Of a stretch of DNA of 61,585 nucleotides, positions 1-11,894 are shown in pieces (positions within the stretch are counted from its first letter, which is position 1; every line of letters begins with the position of its first letter). Source of the stretch: Halocafeteria seosinensis (Eukaryota); assembly GCA_001687465.1 (NCBI GenBank), contig LVLI01000585.1, positions 1 to 61,585 of the forward strand, given 5' to 3'. Made by a program: the position numbers and the translations under genes. Under the pieces are notes generated by a model. That model saw only the letters and a program-made list of their open reading frames with translations. It was not told where the DNA came from and ran no database searches.

Positions 1-413
1 CCCTAGATGTATAGGACTACTACCTTCAGGTAGTAGGTTCCCTGTGGATTTAGGGTTTTACCCCCTGCTATAAAATTTTGGGAATAATCCCCTGTTATAT
101 GTGAATGTATCCCTTATGATATATTTTCCTCATATTATTCTCTTGAAGGGGTTGAAAACCGGTCCGAGTATCAAGGAAAGTGGTTTACTGTAGACGAGGA
201 GGATAACCTATCCGGACCTTTCAAAAAAGAAACTGATGCAGTTGTAAAGGCAAAGAAGAGCGCCGCCGCAAAAATAGGATTACCTGGTGCCGCGTACGTT
301 ACAAAGGCGATAGAGCAATCTCTAGAACCATGGCAAAGTTCAAAAGAAATCCGTGAAACAGCTAACATTAAAGAGCTACCGCTGTTCATTTCGCCTCTTG
401 GAGAGCAACGTTC

Positions 414-450
414 TGTTCGAAATAACACACACACAANTGTTCGAAATAAC
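414..450. mobile_element. Insertion site with a perfect 13-bp direct repeat around ACACACACAA + N (collapsed retroposon copy)
   Basis: TGTTCGAAATAAC occurs at 414-426 and 438-450. The intervening ACACACACAA matches the tail of the repeat at 1401-1410; the N is at 437. Confidence 0.55.
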
Positions 451-761
451 GATGGAAACCTATGTTTCACCGGAACCGATATGCGTCCATCGTGATGGTT
501 GACTGTCCCTTACAGTTCTACAAGTGGGAAAACATTTTTAGCGATATACGACACAGGGTGCCCACATTGGATTGCCTTTAATAAAACGCTGCTACTTTTG
601 AATCCGCTTATGGTGGTTATTACCTTCGCAACTGGAGACTTCGCTTGACTTCGCGATTCTGTGCAGGTGCATATTCATCATACTTCTAACGGCACTGCTT
701 GTGAAAATGAGCAGTGTGAATACTTTGTAACTATCCCCCCCGAGTGTTCTTGGGGGTAATG

Positions 762-820
762 CAGCATTAAATCATCCTTTCAGCATTAAATCATCCTTTC
801 AGCATTAAATCATCCTTTCA
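762..820. repeat. Perfect tandem repeat, 19-bp unit x3
   Basis: CAGCATTAAATCATCCTTT at 762-780, 781-799 and 800-818. Confidence 0.95.
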
Positions 821-1387
821 TAAGAACGTGTCGAACCCCCGTAGCTGTTATTGGCGCATCGGTAGTAGCCGAGCTTGGGTTGGGTGTACTGCTGTCTACT
901 ACTCTTGGAAAATTCCATCTAATGCCCAAAAGTTTAAGTGACCGATGCAAAAGCTTGATTGATGATCATGTGGCTGAGAAAAAGAATAATGGCGATACCG
1001 ACGTGTCATAATTAAGGCTAGTTTTAACGAAATTTGTTCAGCTGCTGAATGGAGCACCAGGTAGACTTGATAAGAGTCTGGCGTAAACTTGGTTTTGTAA
1101 ATCTAATTTACTGGTCTCATCATTTTCAACCTATATTGTATTTGCTTTAGGATATGTGTGGTGGGAGTAGCTAGTTGGTAATATTGGTCGATCCGCTACG
1201 CTAAACTACTGTACATGTCTAAGTGGTACAACGCATACGCACTGTTCACGCCAGGTCCGACGATTTATGAACTGGCATACTTGTGCTACCTCAATATGCC
1301 TCTTTTTTTTTTTAGGTTGGGACACAAGTCCTGAGAGCCTGTGACTCAGGCTGTGACAGCCATCCTTCCACTCAATCTCGGTATCCG

Positions 1388-1504
1388 CACACACACAAAC
1401 ACACACACAAATGTGACAGATAGCCCACCGGCCGGGAAGTTGACCACGTCCTCTTAACGAGGAGCGGTAAGCGCCCGTGTTAAGCACACAAATGTGACAG
1501 ATAG
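1388..1504 (-). mobile_element. Short dispersed retroposon-like element with (TG)n tail, copy 1
   Basis: A (CA)n tract is followed by ATGTGACAGATAGCCCACCGGCCGGG...GTGTTAAGCA. The 67-nt core (1420-1486) differs at 5 positions from 16909-16975. Flanked by GTATCCGCAC (1381-1390) and GTATTCGCAC (1510-1519). Confidence 0.65.
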
Positions 1505-2720
1505 TACATGTATTCGCACTACACTAGACAGAAGGTTCGCCCCTCTCTCGCATAGCTCATTCATTCATTCGGATCTCACCATCAACTCCACTGCTTGGAA
1601 ATGCCGCGAACTACTACCACTACAAGTACATTATCCACAAGTTGTGCGTAGTCTGTTACCAGTAGTATTGTGCACTTCTCTTCCAAGTTCACATAACACA
1701 ACTTCACAGAGTGTAAGTACCACGTACACACTTGACAATTTTAGTGTCAACTGTATTTCGGTATTCATCCTACAGTAGTTAGGATCTTATTTCCCAAACG
1801 TAAGATGCTCAGCTGCCCCTATTCGAGATAACCCTTTTGATGGCATAAAAGAGTGCCGGCACGTAATCCGCGGACTCCACCTGCCCCCTGCCTGTATGCA
1901 ATTGAGAGACATGGCAGAAGATGAACTAGGGCATGAAGTACGCGACCGATATGCTAAATGGACGTGCTGCAAAATGTATTGTCCTCCTTGGGACTGTGAA
2001 GAGGTACGCAAAATAACGAAAGCATTGTACCTACTTGAACCAATATTTAGCGTATAAGTGCAGTTGATTGTGGTCGACCAAGTTGCTGATGGAGTGGTGT
2101 TCATACAGAAGCCAAACAAGTTCATGCTTTATTTGTGCTCTTGTTCATGCCTCGGTCTCTGGTGTCTACGACGGTGGTTTTCCATCCAAGTAAGTCCAAG
2201 CCCTATTCTTCAATTTCCACTCGTCCAATGAAGGTTATTGGCGGCTGAATATCGCAGGTACATTGTGAGCGGTTCTTCGGCCTTACTCTAGCTATTTCGT
2301 TTCTTAGATATGCTTTTCTTAACTGCAGCTGTTGAGGAAAACGGCGATTTGAAGATATCTCACCATGCTTTCTGTGAGGACTGGACGGAAAAATACGATG
2401 ACGTTGTTGGTGTCGTAAGTCGTATACCATGGGAAGGAGATTGGTTCACGCTACTGCATATGTCATGATGTATTCCCTTGGAATGTATATGCAGAACGAG
2501 GTGAACATGTATGTGGCGTCGAATGGAGCCTACCGGACATCATGCCGGGGAAAAGACGCAAAACAGACCGTAAATGAGTATTTGACGGAGAGAAGAGAGA
2601 GTGAGTTTGTTTTCGGTGTTTTCATTACAATGATGGATGTTACTGTCTCCTCACTCGTCTAATCTTTTCACAGAGGAAGGTGGCACCCTGAAAAACTCCT
2701 GGAAGACTGGCGAGATCGAT

Positions 2721-3092
2721 ATGAGTACTAGAGCTTTTATGCAACCAGGGCCAAATCCAAGGTTGATGGCTCCCGGACCACAAGGTGCTGTCATGGGTGA
2801 AGATGCACCCCACTCCCCGATACCTGTACATCAAGGCTTTTACCAGCAACAACAAACGTCTCCTCAACACCAGAATCCGTCTAGCGGTATGCACTCAGAG
2901 ATGCGTTCTCACAACCCGATTTACGGTACAAACTATCAGCAACAACAGCGAAATGATTATCCTTCTCCGAACATGCAACCGGAATATGGACATGCGTACT
3001 ATCAACAACAGCAACAGAGATATGGAGGATATCTTCAACAAGGACATGATCGGTCTATGAACTCTCAGGAGCAGCCGCCTAAGTATGTATAA
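2721..3092 (+). CDS. Gln/Pro/Tyr-rich hypothetical protein (possibly a first exon or fragment)
   Basis: MSTRAFMQPGPNPRLMAPGPQG...YQQQQQRYGGY has a low-complexity, protein-like composition, with a possible GTATGT donor near 3083. No domain recognised. Confidence 0.35.
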   Translation: MSTRAFMQPGPNPRLMAPGPQGAVMGEDAPHSPIPVHQGFYQQQQTSPQHQNPSSGMHSEMRSHNPIYGTNYQQQQRNDYPSPNMQPEYGHAYYQQQQQRYGGYLQQGHDRSMNSQEQPPKYV

Positions 3093-4813
3093 AAACAGGT
3101 ATAGGGACCGAATGTCCGATGAGATTCCAGCTCCGGAGTTGAACGCGAATATGGCCAGTTTTATAATTTGCGTACTCTCTGGTGTGATGCAAACAATCTG
3201 ACCTTTCTTACCACGAAGATGCATTTGATTTACTTAGGAGGGCCGGAGCAAGGATAACTACTGCTTCTTTAAGAGTATAGACTGCTTCAATGAGAGTAGA
3301 AGCAGCGGTTCGATTGACTTGAGTGGTTGAGAGTGTGTATAGTCTTCTCATATATGAAAGAAAAGGAGCTATGCAGTACTAAATAGTCTGTTCTTGCTTG
3401 TTGAAATCTCTGTGCTCTTTATATGACGTGAGCGCTGTCTAGTTAACTAGTTGCCGGCTCAGGCTATCCCTGGAGTAAAATTACTTCGATCCAATGCGCG
3501 CGTTAGCTTAATGCACTAATCAAGTTCTCAAAACCTCCCGTAATTATGTGAGCCGAAGCTAGGTTCATGTCGGTGACATACTCTGAGTCTCTGACGGTCA
3601 CTTCCACATAAATTACCGCACATGAACTAGTTGTAATCTGAGGAGCAGTCAAGTTTCTGAGCCGATAAAAAGGTCTACATGGATTATCCGTAGGGTGATG
3701 TTACTAGCACAACATAGAGGGATCCATACATCTAAACCAGATGAACAAACATCGAGAGCATGGCACGAACAGCAACAACGACGCAACTCGAGGAGATGGT
3801 AGAATGTTCAGCCATAGTTCGTTAAGAATGTTTGGCCCCGCTGAGCAGCAGCGAGAAGTGTTTCGACGCCAGAATTATTGATTGATTGGTTGATTGATTG
3901 ACGTGGTAACCAAGCATGACAAGCCCACCCGGGGCCAGCTCCTGTGTTGCCGGATTGCCTAATTGGAAAATTGTGTGCCTCAGGATTGCCGGATTGCAAA
4001 ATACTCATATTCATCTGATATGCTATACACACTTTGTATGACTTCATACTGCGCGTTGTACTTCTTTAAATTCAGTTGCGATGCACTGCGTTTGCCTCCT
4101 GACCGCGAGCAACTTATTTTCTCGTACATGTGTCCAAGCAAGTTTGCGGCATGCTCTGTTCAACCGCTGCTGTCGCAGTATTTTACCTGAAGCAGTTGTA
4201 GTTGCTCGACCCTCTCACATTCGTGGGAGCTTACGATAAAATGATGACATTTGCTACAGTATCCTGTGTTGCAATCGCAAGCGTCGTCTCCTCTGACTAC
4301 GATCGATTCTGGGTCTATTGTATCTGTACCGGCACGAAAGAATGTACAGTATCGGAAAGGTTCCTATGGTAAACGTCCGTGTTTTCTAGCCAAGAAAGTT
4401 TGATTGTGCCACTAACAAATTGAGGATGTGTTTCTTGGGTAACATACAAACGGGCTCCTGGAGTTGGACGAGCCAGAATGGCTGTGGTTTAGTGCGACAG
4501 CGACTACATCCCGTCTGTTTCAAATACGCAAGATAGGCTATTGGAATCTATAAAAGGGATAGTCCAGTCCATTAACGGAGGCTAAGTACTAGCGGAGTCT
4601 TTCGTGGTCTGTTGACACGAGGAGTTAGCTCCCTTCTCCCGGAGACAGTGAGCTGGGTTTTGTAGTTTTTTCAGGAACAGCCCTGGGGGTAACTTCACAT
4701 CCTGGGACTGCCGTTGGCCGAGAAGTACAACACAGATGCATGCGGCTTGTGATGATAGCAGTTCTCCTATTGGAATTCAAACTGTACGCCAATCATAGGT
4801 CACTCACCTAGCC

Positions 4814-7236
4814 ATGGCGGCCGCGGGTGCCATCAATGGGGAGAAAAACACGTCATTGAAGGAAGAGACCGAGCGGGACATTGCTCGCATCAAGACCGTC
4901 TTTAGCACATACTACAACCATGTGCATGCAGTTTCCAAGAGTGAGGAAGCTAGTGTCCACGCGGCACTGGAAGAGGGAGACCTCCGTGCATCGACAGTCC
5001 TAGGACTTCTGTTTGAAAATAGATGGGGGGCTGTCAATGGGTTAATGGATCCCCAGTTGTTTCAAGTGGGTAGCGGAAAGAATAAGGAACGAACGCGGAG
5101 TCATGTGAAGGGGGAATTGAAGGAAGCTCTGAAGGAAGAAGTGGAGAAGGGTCCCTTACGCCTAGACGTCTTCGGGAGTACCTCCGTCTCCCTGTTGGCG
5201 TTCGTGAAGGCGTTGATGACAATGGAAAATGAAGACGTGGATGCTGCGACCGTGCTCGCGGATGCCTGTGCACAGTATTGTGCTAATGATTCGCCAGTCT
5301 CCAAGAAGCCGAACGATGATCCTCAAAAAATTATATTCGATACTGCGCACGCAGAAGCCAAACTAGCTGGAAGTGTACTGCTCTTCCTTCAGCCGTCTTT
5401 AACGCATGCTCTTCAAGGCGGTTGGGCTCTGAGGAAATGCTACAACCAATTCTTCGACTGTCTTGAGCGTGCTCAGATAAAAGAGTCATTGATCAGAGAA
5501 TGCGGATCTGTTCCAATCTCTTCAGACACGCTCCAGCAGTTTTATTCGCAGTGGGAGGCAGGAGAGTCCACTGATCGCGTTGCTGTTTTCCCCAACTTGC
5601 TCCCTCCCCAAAGCCACGCGGAAATCAAGAAAACGATGCCTGTTTCCGTCGCTAGTAGTATTTTATTTGGGATGGGTGGATTTCAACTTGTACTATCGCT
5701 CCTGCCGCCGACAGTTAAGAAGGTGATTAGCTTTTTCGGGTTTCAAGGTAGCCGCGGTTACGGGATTTCTTGTCTCCGTACCAGCTTCCTCTCGGGAGGT
5801 CTTCATGCTCCTTTGGCGCTTTGTGTGCTTGTCACTTATTATATCGGAACCTCTTTGTGGCTTCGGGATCCTTCTCCAGAAATGATGGAAGAAGCGCGAC
5901 TACTGCTGGAACTAGCGTTACACATTTATCCTTCTAGTGTCCTGCTTCACTGGTTACAAGTAAGAATTAATGCATCATCATGTATTCTTATTATACCTCG
6001 AGAACTTCTCCTATGTTATATGCAGGCACGCTGGTATCGAGCGTATAGGAATCCTCTTTCTGGGTATCGTGCATTGAGTAGGGTAGCTACACTGCAGCAC
6101 ATGCCTCTAGATCAGCGTTTGGAGGTTAACGATGTGCCCGGAACTCAAAACCCGACGGACGATGACTCTATCGGTTGGCGCGGGATGAAAAGCATCTGTT
6201 TGTACGAGCTGGGATGGGCGTCTTGTCTATTGGTAGAACAAGGGAGACAGAATCAACGTTTCTCGGAAGCAGCTCACTATTTCCACAGGCTGCGTCTATT
6301 GAGCATGTGGAGCATTTCGTTTTACGCCTATTTGGCGGGATCGTGCTTTCTGGCTGCAGGGGAGATACGAAATGCTACAGCTCTTTTGAAGGAGGTGGAA
6401 GCCAACGTGCAGCAAAAGTCTGGAAGAGTTCCGCCAATTGAGCAATTGGCTAGGAGACGAGCCCGTCGGATTCTTCATTCTATAGAATCCAAACACTTGG
6501 GCGACCAAGTAGAATTATACGGGTCAAACGGCACGTTACATACGGCAAATTTTACCTGTTTTTCTCCGGCCTTGGAGTTGATCTATCTTTGGAACGGTTT
6601 TTCCCAAAGCCAAACACTTTGTGAGTGGGCTAGCTGGTACACAGAACGCTGGCTCCGTACATATGAGTCAACAGCTAGAGAAAAGTAAGTTTCCAATCCA
6701 GTGTCCGTGCCTGATGTATTTTCTCCTATCCCTCACTGTGCTTCTAACTCTGCAGGTTGTTCTCGAAGGATGATCTAATCCGTATTCAGGAATCTAAGGG
6801 GTTTTTTAAGCTAGGAAAGAGGTCGACTCATTCTTATAGTGAAGAAGACTTGGCTCTATGCTTACTGATACGAGCCTCGGCGTTACAGTCTCAAGGAGAG
6901 TTTGAAGGGGCTATGGAATGTCTACGTCGAGTGGAGGATGATATTAATTGCGCTAAGTTTGTTCCAGGATACGATGGATGCTATATTGAACCAGCGATGC
7001 ATCTCGAAAAGGGTCTGATCTTGTTGGCTCAGAAGCAGGTAAGATCCGCTTTGGCTTGCATGTATGGCTGTTTCTCTCAATCCTATTGCCACTACCCTGT
7101 TTGTGTTCAGAGTAAGGCGGCCCTGGAGAGTTTAGCAAGTGTGCATCAAACATGTGCCGATGTGCAACTCGGCAATCGTTTGAGCTTCCGTGCACGGCAG
7201 ATAGAAACGGAAATCGAAGAACGGAAGGTGCTATGA
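4814..7236 (+). CDS. TTC39: TTC39/Iml2 family TPR protein
   Basis: Motifs GMGGFQLVLSLLPPTVKKVISFFGFQGSRGYG, CLYELGW, WSISFYAYLAG and PALELIYLWNGF. Introns at 5960-6025, 6685-6755 and 7039-7110. Confidence 0.85.
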
Positions 7237-7728
7237 ACTCTATCCCATACCACCACTCCGACTTCGTGGGTACAACCGACTAATTGCGGTAGTTCCATGA
7301 GTTAGCCATCGGTCAATCAGCGCAAACAATTTAAGAAATTAGCTTAGATATTATTTAATGGAATAGAAACCCAAGCGTTCATTTCTAACTTGTGTATGGC
7401 CGTGTCTCGGCCAGATTATCCTCATTGTACCACCGTTGAGCAGCGCCTTCCTGGTACTGCCAGGCTGAGCCGCTGAGGGGGGTCCCAAGCCTCGGAGATA
7501 CACGACAGATAGAGTTTCAAGCGTGTTTGTTGTTGTATTTCCCCCCCTCCAAACCATTTTTAGCGTTAGTAGAGACTTTTGTACGGTAGAGTGGAAGGAG
7601 ATTGGATTTTGTATAGGGGGTTGTGTGCACCTTGGATACCATCTTTTGTACGTTGGGTCATCTGGTCGCATTCTACGGCTGTTTGGGGGCTGTATCTTGA
7701 CTGAACACAAGCCCAGACATACAACACG

Positions 7729-9484
7729 ATGACGAACGAATCCCCAGAGCCTTCATCTGCTAGGAGCGCTTCATTCCGAGAAAGTGGATCCCCTCGAGCT
7801 TCGCCTCCGGATGCGAAATCCTCCCGTCACAAGACGAGTGGACGAACCACGCTGCTCCGGAGCCACAGGCATGCTCCTCGATACAGGGATGAGAACGGAG
7901 AGAGGCTCTTCCAAGGCAAGTTTGATGAGACGACCCATGCGCCGCTGGAACCGAACCCTGAATGTAAAGCAAAGGATGCTTACGAAGAGCCATTGCACCA
8001 AGCGAAAGGCAGTAAGTGCTATATCACAGGAGGCTGCTAGAATTGGCTTGAGCGAAGAACTTGTTGAATTCTGATGCAGCTACTGAACCTCATTACTACG
8101 ACTATCTGTCCCGCGAATGGTTGAATTATCCCGAAAACAAAAACAAACTGAGACCTCGAGGAAGGAATCGCAAACCGTAAGTGCAATTGTACAACGCTAA
8201 GTGTTTCGGCTAGCTTAGAGATAATTTGTCTTCTACAGTGAATCTGCAAAGAAATCCCAGCCCTTTACTGGCGAGAGTGAGCACGCATCCCAATTTCGAC
8301 CAAAAAGTTCTGGACGGGATACCTATCGACCAAAGCGAGGATCTACCATCCCCTTGGGTGGTGGAGGCTTCTCAGGAACCACAGAGTTCCGGGATAGATT
8401 CCCTGGACATGAACCAGTTCCTCCTGCGCCTGCACCGCGACCAGCATATCACCCTAATGACGTTCCTCTGCAAGACACAACAACATACAAGGACAATTTT
8501 GTACCTCAGAAATCCGGAAAGCCGTCACAGTTCTCTCCTCGACCCCACCTTAAGCTACCAGGAGGGAACATGACCGAAACACCAGAACATCGGCGTGCCT
8601 TTGTAGACCCTCAAGGCAAGGGCCGTCCAAATAAATATAGCCCGCTTAAAACTCGTAGGCCGAACGTCGACTTTGCTGGCACCAGTTCATACGCAAGGGA
8701 CTATCCACGTCATGATGTCCGCAAGCATGCTCCGTCTCCTAAAAGGAACCAAAAATTTCGGAGCAAACCGCAGCCCGGCACATTACCGCAATCAACATAC
8801 AGGGATAGTATTGGCCAACCAGATACCGACAACATCAATGAACCACCTCCGGCCAATCCGTCACCGAGGAGGTCCGAAAGCGCTCCAATGCCGAGTCAGA
8901 CGGAAGCATCTGATACTTTTAGAAACCCAAATGGCTCACCTTTGACGGTGAACTTCTCTCCTATGAAACCCAGGCAAAACTTGCATGGAGGCGGAGATTT
9001 TCGACCCAACACGGAAAACCGCGACAAGTATGTTCCACACGAAACCGTACCGCCGCTTCCAACTTCCCGTCCAGAGTATCGTCCGAACAACATACCCCTC
9101 CAGTCACAAACCACGTACAGACAGACATATTCAAACTATGACCCTCAGTCGCGCCCTTCCTCTGTTCGCCACCGAGAGAATCTTCGCACTGGCGGTCCGT
9201 TCAAACCTGACACAGAGAACCGGTCAAATTTTAGACCGTGGGACGTCCAACCTCGTCGCCCTGCTACTTCCACATCTCCTCGAATTGCTTCCCCTCACTT
9301 TGCTGGAACAACAGAGTACTCGCGCAAGTACACCCGGCACAACTTGGGCTCTGGACAGAGAAAGCCTCCTTCCAAAGTGATAGATAGGCAATTCGTTGAT
9401 CCTTCGACCACGTACAGAGACGGACCAGGAGCGTTTATTGACGAGGATCTAGCTTCTGAGGACTCTAGGGGGTACGTTTACTAA
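7729..9484 (+). CDS. SAXO/FAM154 (STOP-like Mn-motif) microtubule-stabilising protein
   Basis: Repeated F-x-G-T-T-E/T-Y/F-R-D-x-F/Y motifs (FSGTTEFRDRF, DTTTYKDNF, FAGTSSYARDY, TENRDKY, FAGTTEYSRKY) in a Pro-rich context. Introns at 8012-8079 and about 8177-8238 join the ORF pieces in frame. Confidence 0.7.
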
Positions 9485-9510
9485 CAAAAAGGTGTCCATG
9501 CTTCAGTGTA

Positions 9511-11571
9511 TTAACATAGCATTCGAAGCACTCTAGGGAGAACGTCCATCCTAAATGGAGAAAACCCACTCACCTCTCCGTCAATGTTCAAAGTATTTGG
9601 GCCGCTCACTGTCGATGTTTTTTTAATGTTTTTCTTTTGTTGTGTCGAACCTTCGTTTGCATCACTGTACCTGGCAGTTTCATCATCCACGGGACGCAAG
9701 ATGAGTTCGCTAGCCTGCAGCAAGAAAGCAACATACACACCACTGTGGGATGCAGAAGGGCTACTGTACTAACCTGCAAATAAGACACGCTCGAAGCATT
9801 CAAGTGTTCTCCTTGTGTAGACTTCTTTGCACGATCCAGAACTTTCACCGCTTCCATACGCGTCGGGTCTGTATGAGGCATTGCAGCATGATTCGAATAA
9901 GCGCAAGATCAGTTGAAGAAACGTACTTGTCATTAAGATTACATCAAACAACCCATCATCCACTTTGGCATAAGGACATAATGCCATCTTCTCCCCGATG
10001 TGGACAGTGTTCTGAATCTGGATCATTGAATACTCAGTTTGCGAGACATTCAGTTGATTTCTATCGTCAGTTAACTCGTTCCAGCTACAATACGCTGCAA
10101 GATCCTCAAGCTTTGTGTGTTGAGTTATATGGTTACGTTTCCTGTCTGTTGAGCTATTGCCACTGTCACCAGTCTTCAGTTCCTGCTTCGTGTTAGCATC
10201 ATCAGAGGACGCATCTGACTCCTTCTGTTTCGAGCCGTCCTTGCTCTCTACATCCGCATTTCCCTTGGCAGGGTCAGGAGTTTCTGCCTCGTTATCCTCG
10301 TCATTACCTTGCTGAGTTTGAGGAGATGACCTCGTATCGCCCTCTATTCCAGTAACATGATCACCTGACTTGTACTCACTCTTTTCATCTATAACCGGCA
10401 ATCGAGAGTGACTACCGATTTCTGCTGTTGATGCGGATTGACCCGTAGGAACCACGAATTCCAGGGCAAGGCGATATGTTCTCATCGATAGGATCTGGAA
10501 AGCTGCAGCCATGTTGTACTGAGCTGACCCCATCCATCTGAGACTATTCGCTGTGGATAGTATTGACCATGTCAGACCATATCCCACCATGTTGATCGAA
10601 AATGTTATATATTGGGACAGGCCCTTATAGCTCATTTGAGCCCAGTATGCAGAGCTATCGGAGAAGTGCAAATGTAGCCGAGAAGGACCGCCTGCTTCAG
10701 TAGCGGTAGCTGCGGCGTTACTCTTAGTGTGATTATTTTCAGCACCATTGTCCTGTGATTCTTCTTCATCTTCTGGCGCGGCAGTATCCTCCGTTTCCTC
10801 GCGTTGCATCGCAGTCGGTATTCTACGTCCACGCCCCTCTTCAGCAGAAGAGCAATGGGCGGAGGACGACGGACCAATGCTTCTACCATCCCATACTTGA
10901 GAGTTGAGTTCTAGCGCCTTCGGTAACAGGCTTGGGCTGTGAAAGTTGGCGGCATTCGATGGGTCATTTGCTGCGGGTGTTTCGGGTTTCGGATCGAGGC
11001 TTGGCGCCTGCGTAATCTGCATGATATCCACCAGTCGAGGCTTGGCTCGTTTCAATGCCTCCAATCCCTCTTCCACCGTAGAGTATCCAAGCGTGAATGC
11101 TATCGTATTGCCACTCCCTGATGGCAGAATGCATACAGGTGGAATATCCAAAAGATCATATCTCTCTTGGACGCATCCCAATAAGAGCGCATCAATGACC
11201 TGATGGACGGTGCCATCTCCTCCTAGCGGCAAAATTGCGTGGTAGCTGGTAATATCATCAATATCCTCAATTAAGCTGTATACGTGCCCTGGATACTCTG
11301 AATAGCATACTTCCACCGTGTACCCACTGCTTTCCAGGGACCGAATGACGTGTGATGCTGTCGTTTTGCTCTTTTTGGAGCCACTGTGAGGATTGGTGAT
11401 GAGTAAAACATGCTCTATGGGAAGCTCCTGTAAGGGTGAATGGGTAAAAGCGTCGAAAATGGAGGTATTTGATGCTGTATGGGAGGAAGTCTCCTGATGA
11501 TGGCGAGGAGGAGCTGGCTCCGGGGAGCTAGTTTGGCTCACAGAGGAGTTTGTTGAGCACCGATTCCCCAT
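9511..11571 (-). CDS. Diacylglycerol/sphingosine kinase family lipid kinase (DAGK_cat + YegS-type C-terminus)
   Basis: Motifs ITNPHSGSKK, LGGDGTVHQV, LPSGSGN, AKVDDGLFDV and LNIDGE. The likely start MGNRCS resembles a myristoylation/palmitoylation signal. Two short 3' introns. Confidence 0.85.
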
Positions 11572-11894
11572 GATAGTATACCCCAAACAGATAGCGCTCT
11601 CCTTGTGAATATAAAATGCCAATCTTATCTTACAATAGGCGAGCTGCTGCATAAAAGATAATTGGACGAGTATTGTAAGTATCAGAAATGATTGCACGGT
11701 TGGATGTGCATTTTAGTCGCTTGGCGACGCTTGCCACCATAATCGGACACAAAGAAATGAATAGTCTCTTTCTTTTCGGATTCAGTCTAGTTTTACCACC
11801 ACCATTTTTGATTGGTTCCACAGGATGGTGAGAATTGACTGATTCCACATGCATGAGTTGTACGCGTGTCTGGAAGATGCAGACACGTCTTCCA

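Larger units (their letters stand above)
88..1011 (+). pseudogene. Decayed ORF, possibly a retropepsin-like aspartyl protease with a small N-terminal domain
   Basis: Frame +1 reads SYYSLEGVENRSEYQGKWFTVDEEDNLSGPF..., then TGA at 493, then FLAIYDTGCP (DTG at 550-558), TGA at 646, and later VAVIGASVVAELGL (841 onward). There is no start ATG, and the frame is interrupted by an insertion at 427-437 and a tandem repeat at 762-820. Confidence 0.4.

Noticed and set aside
49..59. TTTAGGGTTT telomere-like unit near the window start
   Set aside because: It is a single unit with no array.
762..820. 19-bp repeat as a CRISPR array
   Set aside because: The units are contiguous with no spacers, there are no cas genes, and the context is eukaryotic.
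1420..1486. HDV-like or twister ribozyme in the repeat (CTCCTCGT on the minus strand)
   Set aside because: The P3/P1 pairings needed for HDV are absent, and the twister-like CACG/CGTG pair is not kept in copy 2.
1206..1487. ORFs 1206-1487 and 16821-17066 sharing LNTGAYxSSLRG
   Set aside because: The similarity comes only from the shared DNA repeat; these are not genes.
1910..2056. Short + strand frame with MYCPPWDCEEV, reminiscent of CRN/RHS-type ATPase motifs
   Set aside because: It is only 48 codons with no supporting motifs, too weak to call.
5960..7110. Stop-free 3n introns (66 and 72 nt here; 66 nt at 17806) as regulated intron retention
   Set aside because: There are too few cases to distinguish from chance for short introns.
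9511..11571. Lipid kinase as part of the ethylene-receptor module
   Set aside because: Adjacency alone is uninformative in such a compact eukaryotic genome.
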